Numbered from the stretch's first letter, positions 1 to 18,147 are shown. The stretch: 64,000 nucleotides of DNA from Eledone cirrhosa (GCA_964016885.1 OZ024742.1:208382001-208446000); one strand, 5' to 3'. Made by a program: numbers and translations. Notes: generated from the letters alone by a model not told the origin.

Positions 1-325
<325 letters not shown>

Positions 326-398
326 ATGTAGGAGGTGAGTTTTATTGTAGTACAATAAAGCAATGCAGATATCGGATAAGAAGCACTCTACAGTTTGT
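326..398 (-). mobile_element. Inverted pLTR tail of family A
   Basis: Matches 24051-24122 and 27591-27664; joined through a ~20-nt filler to the sense 3' fragment. Confidence 0.85.
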
Positions 399-419
399 GG
401 TACAAACACTACACTTGTG

Positions 420-1370
420 ACAAATTCTAGGAAAACTTACAGTAGAATAATTAATCATGACCATTCCAATAATTTTAATAAAAGACCTAGATACAAAAAC
501 ATAATCTGGTATAATGCTCCTTTCTCCATCTCTATTAATAACAATATTCCTAAATTATTTTTTACTGCCTTAAATAAATGCTTCCCTCCCTCACATATCT
601 ATAGTAAAATATTTAACAAACACACCATCAAATTTTCGTATTCTACATCCTCCAATATTTCCAACATCATCTCTAAACACAACAACAAAATATTAAATAC
701 TAAATCGCTTCCTTCCAATATTGAATTTCATAATAACAGTAATAGTACTCCCGACGTCATTGTAAACCCTAGGCTAACTTCTGTAAACCCAAATACAACG
801 TCAAACACAACTTCGCTAAATGTTCATAATCCAACTCTAAATCAAGAAACTATTATTCCTATTATTCCTATCGCAAACAACTTCTCCAATCCAATTCCTT
901 CTATAGATAACACTAGATCACTCATTAATAATCTCTCTAATTGCAACTGCCGCATTAAAAATAAATGTCCTCTCAACAACCATTGCCTCGATAAAAACTT
1001 AATTTATGAATGTAAAATTATAACTAGCACCAATTCCTTGACCTATTTTGGCTCCACTTCCACCTCTTTTAAAGCTCGTCTCTATAATCATCATTCATCT
1101 TTCAAATACAAACTTAAAAGAACTAACACTGCTCTCTCAGAACTCATATGGTCCTTAAAAGACAAAAACATTAAATATACCATCTTTTGGAAGAAGATTT
1201 CTTCTGCATCCTCATACTTGAACAGCTCTCTATCTAAAATCTGTAATCTCTGCCTAAATGAAAAATTTACCATTATCTCTAACCTAGATTCTATAATAAA
1301 TAGACGCTCAGATTTGTTTTCTATCTGCCTGCATAAATTCCATAGAACTTTTCACAAAGTATACAGTTAA
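420..1370 (+). pseudogene. C-terminal GIY-YIG endonuclease region of a PLE ORF (open frame, 5'-truncated)
   Basis: CNC..CPL..C..LIY..TYFG..FKARLYNH..SF..TALS..IW..CNLCLNEK..NRRSD..CLH, typical of Naiad-group endonucleases. Confidence 0.85.
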
Positions 1371-2372
1371 TATTCAATTCTTTATCTATTTAGAATCTTT
1401 TCTCAAAGGCACATATACATACACCTCTTTAAAATATACCCATCTACCTTACTTTAAAGGGCATTATACACTCTATAATACTCGTTTACTCATTACCCTC
1501 ATTCTATCTTCTCGTAAAATAATAACATTTGTTTTTGACATTTTGAATATTCATCCGCAATCATTATTATTTTTTTCTCTCTATCATAAATCTTTTTAAT
1601 CTCAATTTCATCCTTAATTTATTATTTTTTTCTCCCCATCAACGAACTCATTATTAATACATATTAACTCTTTATTCGCACATATTATCAATTCAATATA
1701 CAAACTTTAACTTCACATTATTTTTTCTCAAATCCTTCTACACACAAACCTTAACAATTTTTCTCTTCGCTAATTTTGAAATTGCCACAATACATACATT
1801 TCTTCTTTTGACGTTAGAATATTCACCCACAATTATTATTTTTTTCTCTCTATCTTCATACATAATTTCCCTTCGTTAATTTTCAAATTCCTTTAATTTA
1901 TACATTATCTTCCAACGGTTCCCAACCTCTCTATATTACAAAAATATATCTTTATCTCAGTTATAAAAACTATCTCTTTCTCTCTATCACCCATCTCTCC
2001 CTCTCCACCTTCACTCTCATCTCCTCCCCCTTTTTTTTCATCCTTTCCACCCCCCCCCCCCCCCCCATCCCTAAATAAAATATTTTTTCCTCGCACATAT
2101 CCTCCCTTCGTTAATTTTCAAAATTTTTAATTGATACAGTATCTTCCAACGGTTTTCAACCCCTCTATGTAAAAAATATATCTCCTCTCAGTTATAAAAA
2201 CTATCTCTTTCTCTCTATCACCCATCTCTCCCTCTCATTTCCTTCCCTTTTCATCCTCCCCCCCCCCTCTCTAAATAAAATATTTTTCCCAATATCACAC
2301 ATCAATCTAAAACCACTTTTCATATGTTGATTTAAAACTGCACTATCCACAAGTGTTTTTTAGCCTTCATAT

Positions 2373-2457
2373 CATGTTCACCTGTTTTATCTGATGAAAA
2401 CACAAATATTATTGCTTGATGATGTTTGTTTTTGAAATACGCATAATAACATATATG
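2373..2457 (+). ncRNA. Type I hammerhead ribozyme, family A
   Basis: CTGATGA 2391-2397, GAAA 2434-2437, short stem III tacgca, UA site, stem I ttat/ataa with imperfect extension. Confidence 0.8.
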
Positions 2458-2483
2458 GAACTCCTTTAACCATGTTTTGATCT

Positions 2484-4376
<1,893 letters not shown>

Positions 4377-4983
4377 TCAGGTCACCAGTTGGTGCTACTG
4401 GTAACATGTATCCCAGTACAACCTGATTCATGGTCGGGTCGTTGGCGACTAAACTGGCAACCCCACCAAGGTTTCTTGGTGAGGAGGGTGACTTTGGACA
4501 TCCTGCAGGACTAAAAACAAAACCTGTCAAAGGGCAAAGGAGCTCTTAAGAGTCAATGGCCATCCAAAATCACCGGGAGAGATGACCCCTTAGCCTTTGT
4601 CAAGGCAGAATTCTAGGAGAAGGAAAACTCTGATATAACACCTGCAACCTTGATGGTATCCAATGATGTTGACTTGTTCTTCTTTTTGGTAAATATCATC
4701 TTGGTTAAGAGAGTGGGACTGGCTTTGTGCAGTGCCTTTGCTCACTATAAAAGCTTCACGGCACAGGCATTGCTTTATATCTGGAGATCTCTCTGCACTT
4801 GTCCTCACATGGTACCATGGGCCCAGCACTATGTGTCAATAATTGTCACAAGTGTAGTGTTTGTACTAGAGTTTTCAAGTCGCTGGCTGGACTAAAAAGT
4901 CACACTCATGCAGCGCTTCGGTAGGGGTTCTCCTACATGGATATAAAGTAGTGGCCGTACTCGAAAACGAGTTGGCAGCCACC
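4377..4983 (+). mobile_element. ~0.6-kb insert in TA array, probably a LINE (RTE-like) 5' UTR fragment
   Basis: GC-richer island; ctaggagaaggaaaactctga resembles a motif I recall from RTE 5' UTRs; no coding homology recognised. Confidence 0.35.
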
Positions 4984-6703
<1,720 letters not shown>

Positions 6704-6704
6704 G

Positions 6705-6834
6705 GTTATACTTTGGGAGGGTCGTGTTGCCAATAATTGCTTATTGGCAACACGACCCTCCCAAAGTATAACAATATCGGTTTCAACACAAGATCTCAGA
6801 TAAAGAATCTTGCTAAACAAATTCAGAAACGAAA
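6705..6834 (+). mobile_element. Family B pLTR tail with perfect 32-bp fold-back
   Basis: Arms 6705-6736 and 6741-6772, loop TTGC; same sequence at 20298, 42893, 60426-60560 and 60715-60782. Confidence 0.8.
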
Positions 6835-6884
6835 TATATATATATGTATATATATATATATGTATATATAAATATATATATATT

Positions 6885-6931
<47 letters not shown>

Positions 6932-6947
6932 ATGTATATATATATGT

Positions 6948-7077
<130 letters not shown>

Positions 7078-7772
7078 CCAATAATAAAATATTAATGAAA
7101 ATTATACCCGGATCCCTGGAAACGGTGGTAAGATCGAATATGATGTTTCTGCAACTCCTATATCAGGTACTACCTGCTTAAACAAATAAAGTTAAGCTTT
7201 TGGTATGATGATCGAACAAGGAATTCCCTTTCTCTTCTCCTCCCTTTTGACTGCCCGTGTCTCTGTCTCACTTTCTCCTGTCTATACGAGAGGCAGCACG
7301 ATTATACCAACTCTGAGTCGTAGCTGACCACCAAGATAAAGTCTCCCAGGTTGGCCACAACTTACTTTCCCTATTTTTCCACCGTTACTTTTTTCCAAGT
7401 TTCTTTCACCTGTGTCTTCCCACGATGGGATCTGTACACTTTTTTCTTCCATTCCTTTCCTATTTTCCCTCTCTCCCTCTCTCCTCATGTTTCCCCCTGT
7501 TTTTCCTCCTTTCCCACTCTTTCCTTTTCTCTCTCCTTTTGTTCTCTCTTTTTCTCTCTCCTTTTCCACCTGGGCTTTTGATTAATAAAAGGCCACGGGC
7601 GCACCCGAACTACACCAATGTCCTGTAATTCAGCGCTGAAACATCGGTTCGGGATACATTTACAGCTGACGATGGAAACTCCTTTCTTCTTTTCTCCTCC
7701 TGTTCCGTCCAAACCACCATCCTAAACCTTGTTTTTAGTAACCACACAGCTTCTTTCGCTTCATAACTTTTT
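7078..7772 (+). mobile_element. Pyrimidine-rich insert between TA tracts, possible PLE 3' UTR/pLTR with decayed HHR
   Basis: tttacag-CTGACGA-tggaaac...gttccgtc-CAAA near 7659-7727; the GAAA is not intact. Confidence 0.3.
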
Positions 7773-10700
7773 GTATATATATATATATAAATAAGTGGTT
7801 TCTGTTTACTGCGTTGACAACCACATATCCATATTCCTTGATACATCAAATTTAGGGTAACACATTATATCATGTCTTTACTTTTCAATTGCCTCATATA
7901 TAAAGATGATTGTTTTCATTGTCTGAACGAATAAATTGCTGTATGAATATTATTCTTATTGACATATGTAATATCATACTACGTTGTTATATGAGGGTAA
8001 ATAAAGCATAAGATGATGCAGTGATGTATTAAATAATTCAATATGATTTTCGTTTGGAAGAACGTTGAAAAGCGAATTGAAACTTTTTGCTGCCAACTAG
8101 GCGGATTCACTTCTTCATCTAAATATGATGTTCCTGAAATCAATATGATAAATATCACCATTCATAATTTAGGGTCCATTAGAATATAACATATTCTGCT
8201 CATACAAATGAAACAAATGATGTTTTCATCCTGATATTCAGATTCCTTTAGAATTATAAATTAGACATTCTAATCCAACTAGGCAGGCTTTGTTCTTTCT
8301 AGGCTACTTTTTGTACCTTGTATGATAAAAAATTACACCTTGTTTCTTCTGTTGAAATGCTTCAGACACAATATCGGATGCGGTATTCCTTCTTAATTGT
8401 AGGATGTGTGGCTTTTGGATTTACCTCCGTAATACACTCTAAATACGCAAACATTACTATGACTATTCATTCAAGAATCTTAGCTTAAAGAAACATGAAA
8501 AACATAAGTATCACGTAGTTAAATTTCTTTGATTCTGGGGAAAATAAAAAGCAAACTTTACGTTGTCTTTATTTCAACTCAGAATTTAAAGGCTATTTTA
8601 GAAACCTGCTAATTTACGAATTAGTTAGAATAAAGCGTACGCATGAAATTTGAAGTTAGACATCATAATTCATATATGTGATGTCTGCATTTTATTGACA
8701 TTTATTGTATGCTTACACGGGGGATAAAAGTTGCAATATTTCTCCGCACAATTTCGAAATACTTAATCACAAAATATTGTGAAACATCTTACGATTCACT
8801 AGTATTTAAATGTGCAAGGATCAGTAAAACAGAAAATAAAAATTACAACAGGAAGAGAAATATCAAATGAGAGCATAACTAGTCATTGTAGAATATTCAA
8901 TCAGACGTACGAAGCTGAGTCAGATTTAAATTACAGACAAAAATGATAACATATTCTTTTTTGTAATCGATATTATTTTAGAAAGGAGAATAAATTATTT
9001 TAGCGTGGAATAATACTGCATCTACAGTGATAGAATTGTTGTTTGATCGTTATGATATAACATATCAGTAATAGATTCCATATGATATACTCTATAGTCA
9101 CTATCTTCTCTATTATGTTCACATAGACAAACATTATTCATGAAACAATCTCTCATGAATAATTAATCATTACATAAAACAGGATATAGGAAACTACAGA
9201 ACCACAAATATGAAATATATTGATGTGCTTGAATAATAAAAGGAAAATATTCTAGAATATAGAAAGAATACATCTGACTAATATTATTTGGTAAAATTAA
9301 GTATGTACGAACTGAAATAAGATATGATATAATGTAAAATAATTGTCTCACAAGGATAATAAAAAAATATCCGCTACTACAATTGCCTACTATCTATTAT
9401 GATATGATGCATTTTTATCTTGGATAATTCATTATCCTTCCTATATACAATCATCGGGAATATTCAGCTAAGCTCATTTAAAATACTATTCTAATACCAT
9501 TACTAATTGTAAACCAGAAGGAAGAATATTGTTGATAACTCTTAAGCACGTAGGTGTATGGAGGTAAACACAAATGCAAAAGCAAAGGAGATCAAATATA
9601 TACTACGGGGTACATTATACATATATTAAATGATCTTACAAAATGGATGAGTATTTCTGACTGAAAATAAATTATACCATATGAAGACATGTTTCTCAAT
9701 TCTCATAAAAAAACATTGGTAATAACGCCGAACACGAGGATTTTATGTGTCAAACATAAAATTCCTAACTAAACGACCAAAATATGCACGTTTAATGGAA
9801 AATGAAGACATGAAAATGTATGTTCGGAAAAATAGATAGAAACATTTGAATTAATTAATTATATATAACCGCAGTGCATCTTCAAATACATGAGTGTGGT
9901 AACTATGCAAGATGTTCACTTACAGCTCTTTGGTGAAAGACATCAAGTGCAAAGGGTTATATTTATGGACAAAAGATTGTTTTAGTATAGACAGAGGAGA
10001 GGTACCATTGTAAAACGTATTTCACAATAAAATTTATGCCAAACATGCGCAAAATGATTCGAGCAGTAAGCCACATAGGATATGGTACACCATAAGGAGA
10101 GTTACTCTATTGAAAGATTCAAGCAAAAAAAAAAAGAAAGCCAAACTAACCGCATGCGTTTCGCGAATCAAAGTTTATCCATGACTGGTCTGTTATCTAT
10201 GCTACGATTGTTTTTTGTTTTGATATTGCAATAAGTTCTCTTTCGTCTGATCCATATAAGCATGTCATGTCTTCTGAATTATCCATCTCACAAACCGATT
10301 TTCATTGAAACGGAAGTTTGTAACATTGAAGATAATTTAACTGAATAAGACCTATGTGGGTAATCTTATCACATATTGAAATACAATGCTGTCTAGAATA
10401 CAAATATTGGCATACATGCTGATATATTAGATATATGCCCGTAGAAACGACAAGCGTGCTTTAATTATATTAAAAATAAGATTCCACCTTTAACCTTCAT
10501 TTAAAAGCACGAGAGTAATATTATTTTATACAAACCATGTACACACACATACACATACACATACACACGCATACATACATACACACGCATACACATATAT
10601 ATATACATATTTATATATATATATATATATGAGCATGTGTAATGTGTCTGTGCATGCGTGAGCATGTGTGTATGTGTCTGTGCATAAATGTGTGTTCCAC

Positions 10701-11165
10701 ATTCGAGTGAAACACACATATATGCACAAACACATACACACATGCTCACGCACACGCACATATTATACACACATATACATACACACGTATGTCAATGTGT
10801 TTGTCTGTTTATTCATAGAGAGTTTGACGAGTCATTGTACCAGTATAACGCATCTATAAATATATAAATATATACATATTAGAAACACAGTAAAGTAAGA
10901 ATTGCCAGAATAATTGCCTATTCTATGTAATCTCGTGAATATTAAGCTAGTGCATCCATTTTGAAATGTTGCACTGCCACAATCTGTTGAGTTGTTTCGA
11001 AGCCGAACAGGCGGGTTGTTTAAACAGAATGACATGAATATCAGAGCTCCACTGAATAATGATGCTTATAAACATCAAACGCTCTTAGTTCTCTGTTGTA
11101 GGTGTAATTTATTTCTAGTTCTTTGGTCATAAGTTTGCAATAACGAAAATACGTTAATAGTGAGT

Positions 11166-11227
<62 letters not shown>

Positions 11228-11229
<2 letters not shown>

Positions 11230-11830
11230 AAGATCAGAATTAAGAGAATTCCGCAGTTCACTGTAATAATAATAATAATAGTATTAGCTCAAATAAGAAT
11301 AGAGAATTTCCTTCTGAGCTTCAAAGAGAAGTGTGTTACACGGTGAGATGTGTGTAAAGAATTATTACAAGTGATTTTACCGTTACTGTATAGGGAACAA
11401 TATCTACAGGTTAGCAATTAAATAGAAAAAAAAACCAGTTCAGAATCAAATCTCTGGATTGGAGTTTTAAATCACAAACCTTATAACTATATTTTGCTGA
11501 TACGAATCTAGCTTCGTTTCACCACTTATATGTGCAGTATCAGTTCACATGGATCCTCAGTCAGCAAAATGCGAACACTGAACACTACACATAAAGATCC
11601 ATGTGAACTGATACTGCATATATAAGGGGCGAAACGAGGCTAGATTCGTATCAGCAAAATATAGTTATAAGGTTTGTGATTTAAAACTCCAATCCAGAGA
11701 TTTGATTCTGAACTGGTTTTTTTCTATTTAATTGCTAACCTGTAGATATTGTTCCCTATACAGTAACGGTAAAATCACTTGTAATAATTCTTAACACACA
11801 TCTCACTGTGTAACACACTTCTCTTTGTGT
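11228..11830. mobile_element. Fold-back pLTR mini-element, family F
   Basis: Inverted arms 11322-11555 and 11596-11827 with a 40-nt spacer, flanked by TA/TACA repeats. Confidence 0.85.
11491..11570 (-). ncRNA. Type I hammerhead ribozyme, family F
   Basis: attttgctga-CTGAGGA-tcca...tggt-GAAA-cgaa gctaga ttcg-TA-tcagcaaaat; perfect 10-bp stem I. Confidence 0.88.
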
Positions 11831-11838
11831 AATATATA

Positions 11839-11910
<72 letters not shown>

Positions 11911-11958
11911 TATATACATACATATATATATATATACATATATATACATACATATATA

Positions 11959-12028
<70 letters not shown>

Positions 12029-12444
12029 CATACATATATATATATACATACATATATATATACATATATATACATACATATATACATACATATATATATA
12101 CATACATATATAAATACATCATGGGTGCCCCCTCGTTATCGAGTATGGCCATTGCACGAGAAAGAAAAAAAAAAAATAATAATAATAATAATAATAATAA
12201 TGTTTTCTTTATTAACCACGAGGGTTCACATAAAGTAGACATTAAGGACAGTACAGGACAATACAGGACGGTACAAATGGGCATTTCTGCGTGTAAAAAA
12301 ACAGAGGTTGAAATAAAATAACAAAGAAAAATTCCCCAATAGGGGGGAGACTTCCAAGGGACATTTGTGGAGAAAGCCCATTAAAAGACCACAGTGGCCC
12401 TGACCACCAGGGCAAGTGCCCTCTCCCAGTTTTCCACCTTTAAT

Positions 12445-15400
12445 TTACAGACACATACTCAGAGAAGGCCCATTCATTCGGGCCATACTTGCTTCTCTCA
12501 CCCATCTTTCAACAAAATGCTGGGAAGAGAGCACTTCCCTCTCTACCCTGATTTTCCTTTTCAAATGAAATTTGAAAAAGTTAATCAGGGCATCACGAAG
12601 AGGTAAGTCGTCGTCTTCAGCCCTTTCAAACGTGTCCACCATACTATCTCTTTCACCATGGCAACCAGACAGATAAAAACTGCCTGCCCTTCCCGGCTAA
12701 AGGAAGAGGGCGGGGCAATCTTCACAATGGACTCAGCTGATCGCTGGATCCGTCCCACACGCAACAGCAGGTCTTCGACATAAACCCACAAGTCAGCAAT
12801 GCTCGGACACTGGATGAATGCGTGCAGGACGGTTTCGTCGCCCTGCGCGCATCTCGGACATGCCCGGCTGACGGCACCTCCATGCCTGTAGAGTTTATCC
12901 CGAACTGGCAAAGCTCCTCGGTAGCACTGCCAGGCCAGGGATTTCTGGAAGTTGTCCATAGGCCCCGGCCCGAAAGTCCTTCCGAAGAGATTGGCTAGTT
13001 GACTTTCGTCGACGCCTAGAGTTTCTCCAAGTACGTCGTCGCTCTTCCCCTCCACTAATCCCCTATAGAACGCCAAGGTGGAGTTTCCACCGATCACATT
13101 GCCCGATTGGTCGAGGGCTGTGAGCGCCTGAAGATATTCCAGTCTCCAAGCGCTCCCTCTCGGTCTTCGCTTGACCCAGGACTGCAGCTCCGTCAAGGAG
13201 ACGAGCTGGGGAAAAACGTGTCTTGCAAACGGCGACCACACCTGATCACCGTCGAGGAAGAGGTGGAGATGTCGTAGCCTGAGCGCGTGTCTGCGCATCA
13301 TCAGCCACGGCATGCCCAGCCCTCCACGTAGCGGGTGTTGACAGCAGATGGACCGCCTGACCATCGGAGCGCGTCCCTTCCACAAGAAGCGAAAGAGCAA
13401 ACGCTCCAGCGCAGTCAGGCGGGGCTTAGGACAAGGTACGACGGTCAGGCGGTAGTAGATGACGGATGCGATGTACGCATTCGCCACCTCCGCTCGACCT
13501 TTCAGGGATAGCTTCCTCTCGGCCCATTTCTGGGTGAGAGAAGCCACCCTGCTCGTCACCTCGTCCCAGTTTTTGTCCGTCTGGAAGTCTGGACCGAACC
13601 AGACCCCTAGCAATTTAACCGGTCCGTCCGTCCAGCGCCCGACGACGCTGTTGGACGGCATGGACCTGCCTCTCCAGGTGCCGAGCTGCAGGCCCACTGA
13701 CTTTTCCTGGTTGATCATTGCTCCTGTCACCGCTTCGTATTCTCTTAGTGTAGTGCCGATCGCCTCGATGTGTTTGGCGTTCGACACCACTACGGTGACA
13801 TCGTCGGCATATGCTGACACGGATCTTCCGCATCCTAGTTCGCGCGGGACCCCCCTCAACGTCTCCAGTTCGTGCAGTAATGGCTCGAGAGTCAATACAT
13901 AAAATAGGGACGAGAGGGGACATCCTTGGCGGACCGAGCGCATGATGTTGAACGGTTCCGAAAGGTGACCGTTCACTCTTACTACAGAGCAGATGTCGCT
14001 GTGCATGGCAGCGATCCAGCCTCTGAAGACGGGCCCAAAACCAGCCGCCCTCAGGACTGCCGTTAGGTAACGATGGTCGACCCTATCGAAGGCTTTCGAC
14101 TGATCTAAATTGATCAAAGACCCACCCGTGCCAGGTTCCCTAGCTACCCTCTCTACGATGTATCGCATGAGGTGGAGGTTGTCGTGGATGGATCTGTCGG
14201 GAATGGCGCATGTCTGTGCCTATCCCACCAGACCACCAACGACAAGCGCCAACCTCTTTGCTAGCACCTTGGCCAAAATCTTGAACTCTGTGTTTAGCAG
14301 AGTTATGGGCCTAAAATTATCTATGTTATCCCCCTTGTTCGGATCCTTTCTCAGCAGCGCCACCGCTCCTCGGCTCACAGAGCTGGGAATTCTCCCGTTC
14401 TGTTGCCAGTTGCAGTAGACGTCCGCCAAGAGGCCTCCGAACAAGTTTGGCATTTGTACGTAAAGTTCATAGGGCAGACCATCCAAACCAGGCGATTTAC
14501 CCCTTGTGCAACTAGTCATTGCATCCCGTACTTCAGCGGTTGTTATCGGCTTTTCGCAACACTCCGCCTCAGTGGCCGAAAGCCGCGGCAGTCCGTCGAG
14601 GTAGACACTAAAGTCCATCCCTCGATCCGGCCCGCCACTGCCCCCGAAGAGTTGAGCGAAGTGTCGCTGAAAAGCTTCACACATTTTCCCGGGATCGAGT
14701 AGCATGCGCCCGTCGTGGTCCACCAAAGACCGGATCGTGGCTTTGTTGCCACGACGCGCCTCCGCCACTCGGGCCCATTGAACGGCTTTCGTCCCCTCGT
14801 GTCTGAGAGCACGCACCCTAGCTCTGACAACGCAGCCTTCGTGCTTTGCATTGAAGAATTGGTCAAGGGCCAATTTCGCCGCAAGTACGTCGGTCGCGAT
14901 GCCTTTGCTAAGCGCCTCATCTAATGTTCTAACTAATTATCCCTCTGCTCTATTTTTCTCTATTGCTAAAGTCTTACTAAACCTAATGGACTCTATTCTA
15001 ATTGCTCTTTTCAGAGCAAACCACCACTTGTTGTTGACGATGGCCCCCGTCAACGCCCGCTTAACTAGTTCGCTAATCCGGTCTCTGTAGGCCTTGCGCG
15101 CTGGTAAGGACGTGTTTAGCATCCAGTAGCCGGGTCCTCGTCTATGAAGCCTATCTAAGTCAAGCACACAGATCACGAATTTGTGGTCCGTGTAGCTGAC
15201 TATCTTGAATTGTGGACAGCCTATGCTAGACCTATCTATTTCCCTACAAAATACTCTATCTAGATATGATCTGGATGACCCTATGCGATTTGTCCAAGTC
15301 CACATTGGTACATTCGGGAAATCCATTCGGTACCTGTCAGACAGTTCAAAACGTCTGAGCAGGTTGGTGAGACTCTTGCACCCTCCTTCTCTATCCACTA

Positions 15401-15863
15401 ATCCCACACAATCCCAGCGTGCATCTAAGATCCCGTTCCAGTCGCCCACTAACACTAAAGAGCGGGACGTTCCAAGAAAGGTCTCCAGACGCCGGAAGAA
15501 ATCAGGCCGCCCTGCTCCTGTCGGGGCATAGACGGCCACTAACCTGAAAGCTTGCCCGTCTCCGCTGGTCACGTCCAGCACCACCAACTTACCTTCTGGG
15601 TCCAGGAAGATGGCCCGTATGGCAAGATCCAAACCTCTCCGAAAAAGCACAGCAACTCCTCCCCCCGATCCCGGACGGCTGGGAGATGCGTACACATCGT
15701 AGCCGCCGAAGATCGGTGCGAAAGCCTGTGCTTCGGAGATTCTGGTCTCGCTGATGGCCACTACATCTATGTTTAGTGACCTGAGGTCGTTGAGCAGGTG
15801 GCCCTGCTTCCATGACGACCCCAAGCCACGCGCATTTATGCTGCCTATTCTGAGTGAGGTCAT
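12445..15863 (-). pseudogene. ORF2: APE endonuclease, reverse transcriptase and C-terminal zinc finger
   Basis: INARG, SET, VYAP, GDWN, YLDR, TDH (APE); KSPGLDG, NFRPITLLN, QGCPLS, YADD (RT); CPRC..ETVLHAFIQC. Two in-frame stops (14937, 14220) and a late frameshift. Confidence 0.95.
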
Positions 15864-15899
15864 CTTGAAAAGGAGTGGAAAAGATGGGAAAGACCACTT

Positions 15900-17900
15900 A
15901 CCTTATTTCTCGTAGGGGAAGGACGGTTTTTCCATCCTTTTCACTGCTTGTGGCCTCCTCAGGAAGGATGTCCTTATAAATCCTCCTGGAGAGTGCTTGT
16001 CAGAGGTCTCCGATGTCTTTTGGGAATTTTTGTTTTAGTGTCATGTACGTTTTCTGTGTGATGCGAGTGATTTGTATGTGTGGAGGTGGTGTGAATTTTG
16101 GGGTTGTTGTGTAGTCTTTTTCTGTGATGCTGGTGTTGTGTTGGATGTAGTGTAATAATTGCTTGTTGTTCAAATTTAATGCTGTGTAGTGTGTATCGTT
16201 TTGGTTGTTTTGTTTTGTTTGCGTTTGTTGTGGGTTTGTTTCTGTTTCGCATTTTGGTGACTTTTGTGGTGTAGGTGATGGTGGTGTTGGGGTTAATGAT
16301 GGTGATGGTGTTGGTGTTTGGGTTGATGGCGTTGGTGATGCTGGTGTGGATGGTGGCATATCTGTCCTAACTTTTTTGTTTCTTAATTTATTTGTTTCCC
16401 TCTGTATTTTGTTTTTGGAGGGGGAAGGAAGAGAATTTTTTTCTTTTTTGGTTTCTTTTTTTTTCCGAATATCGTTTCCCACTCCTCGTCGTCACAATCT
16501 GTCTCCAGTTGTGATAGGCCGGGGAGTGGAAAATCCTCCACAGGCGTTAGTTTTGGTTGTGGCGTGGTGGATGGTGTAGGCGCTGGTGCTAGTTCTGAAG
16601 CGTTGGGTGGTGGTGGTGGTGTTGGTTTTGCTGGTGGTGGTGGTGGTGGTGGTGGTGTTGGTTTTGCTACTGTTGCTGGGGTTGTTGCTGTTATAGTTGC
16701 TTCTGTTGTTGCTGCTACAGTTGTTGCTGCCATCTCTGCGACTGGTGGTGTTGATGGTTGTGTCACTGGGGTGGGTAGGAGAGGTAGCCTCAACCTTTTA
16801 GCCTGAGGGCAGAAAGCCCTTAGGTGGGTTCCTTCACCACAAACGACACACCTAGGTCTTCTGCCCTCGACAATTACCGTGAGGTGGCTGCCGTCAGTGA
16901 GGTCTATTATCTCTGGGATCTCCTCAATGCTTTTTTGGTCCGTTTGGATCAGGAGCTCCATCCTAGACCCAGACCAGTTCTCCTGCTTTTCTTTTGCTAT
17001 TGCTATTATTTTTGTGTTGGCTTCGATGCCGGTGAGGACGGCCGCTATTAGCCAGGGAATTTCGATGGCCGGTGGAACGTGGGTCACCCTGATCTTTACG
17101 AGTCTCTGGCCACAATAGCTTGGGACGAGTGTGAAGTCGTCACTTCTTAATGGTGCCATGGTGTGTTCTCTAGCCTCCTCTGGTGTTTCAAAGAACATGT
17201 CCACGGTTCCATACTTCTGCCCACGTCTGATGTGGGTTTTTCTTGCCCACACATGTTCCAAAGCTTTTTGGATTTGGGACTCGGATGCCCGTTCCACTCG
17301 GCGCGATTTTACATTTATTGTTCGTTACGACACGGTGCATAGGCGCCGATGCTCCATTTTATTAGGTGGGGGGTGAGGCTGACCCTGTACCCATCTTTCT
17401 TTACCATTTGTTTGGCATTTTCTAAATCCTCCTGAGTTACCGTAAATGCTTCGAACTGTTTTGCTACTCTGGCAAAACTGAGGGTGGTTTTTTTTAATGT
17501 CATTGTTGTTGTTGCTATCGTTATTTGTGTTAATATTAATTTTAGTTTCAGTTGTGGTTGTGGTGACGTCAGTCGTCTTTGGTGGGGAAGAGTCCATTTT
17601 GCTTGATTTCATTTCGACATCACGAGTTAATTTATTTTCTTCTTCTTTTGTTTCTGTTGTCGCGGTGGTGTTGGGGGTGGTGGTTGTCGCGGTGGTGGTG
17701 GTGGTGGAGGCTTTAACACCTGCAGTCATTGGTAATGGCGGGAAATGAATGTCTACCCTAGAAAAATTTAAAATATTGCTACTGCTTATATTTTTTGTAG
17801 TGTTGGCAAACGTAGTAACATTTACAATGGTGGTTTCGGTGTGAGGTGTTAATTTGTGAGAAAGGTTTTCAGCTGCTTGGTGCAGTGGTGAATTAGCCAT
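15900..17900 (-). pseudogene. ORF1: gag-like nucleic-acid-binding protein, frameshifted
   Basis: CX2CX4HX4C knuckle CVVCGEGTHLRAFC and T/P-rich tracts, split across several frames; 3' boundary approximate. Confidence 0.85.
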
Positions 17901-18108
17901 TTTTTTTCAAAGAAATGTTTTGATAATCATAAAAGTTTACATTTTGGGCACAAGGCCCCAATTTTTTCGGGTGTCCTTTTCGGAAAACAATGTATGTGCG
18001 CTTATAAACAGTTAACAATAAAATTTTCCATAAATGACAATTTTTAACAAACGGAAATAACAAACCTTTGCGGAGCTCACGATGATACGATTTACTACGT
18101 AGGTCGCC

Positions 18109-18147
<39 letters not shown>

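Larger units (their letters stand above)
12202..18108 (-). mobile_element. Near full-length Tx1/L1-clade non-LTR retrotransposon
   Basis: ORF1 and ORF2, AATAAA at the 3' end, (AAT)9 and (AAT)10 on the two flanks. Confidence 0.93.

Noticed and set aside
363-419. ATG start of the 335-aa ORF
   Set aside because: It comes from an inverted pLTR tail plus filler that happens to be in frame with the truncated endonuclease region
13459-17748. Plus-strand ORFs overlapping the Tx1 element, and similar ones at 62003-63604
   Set aside because: Antisense shadows of GC-rich or low-complexity retroelement sequence
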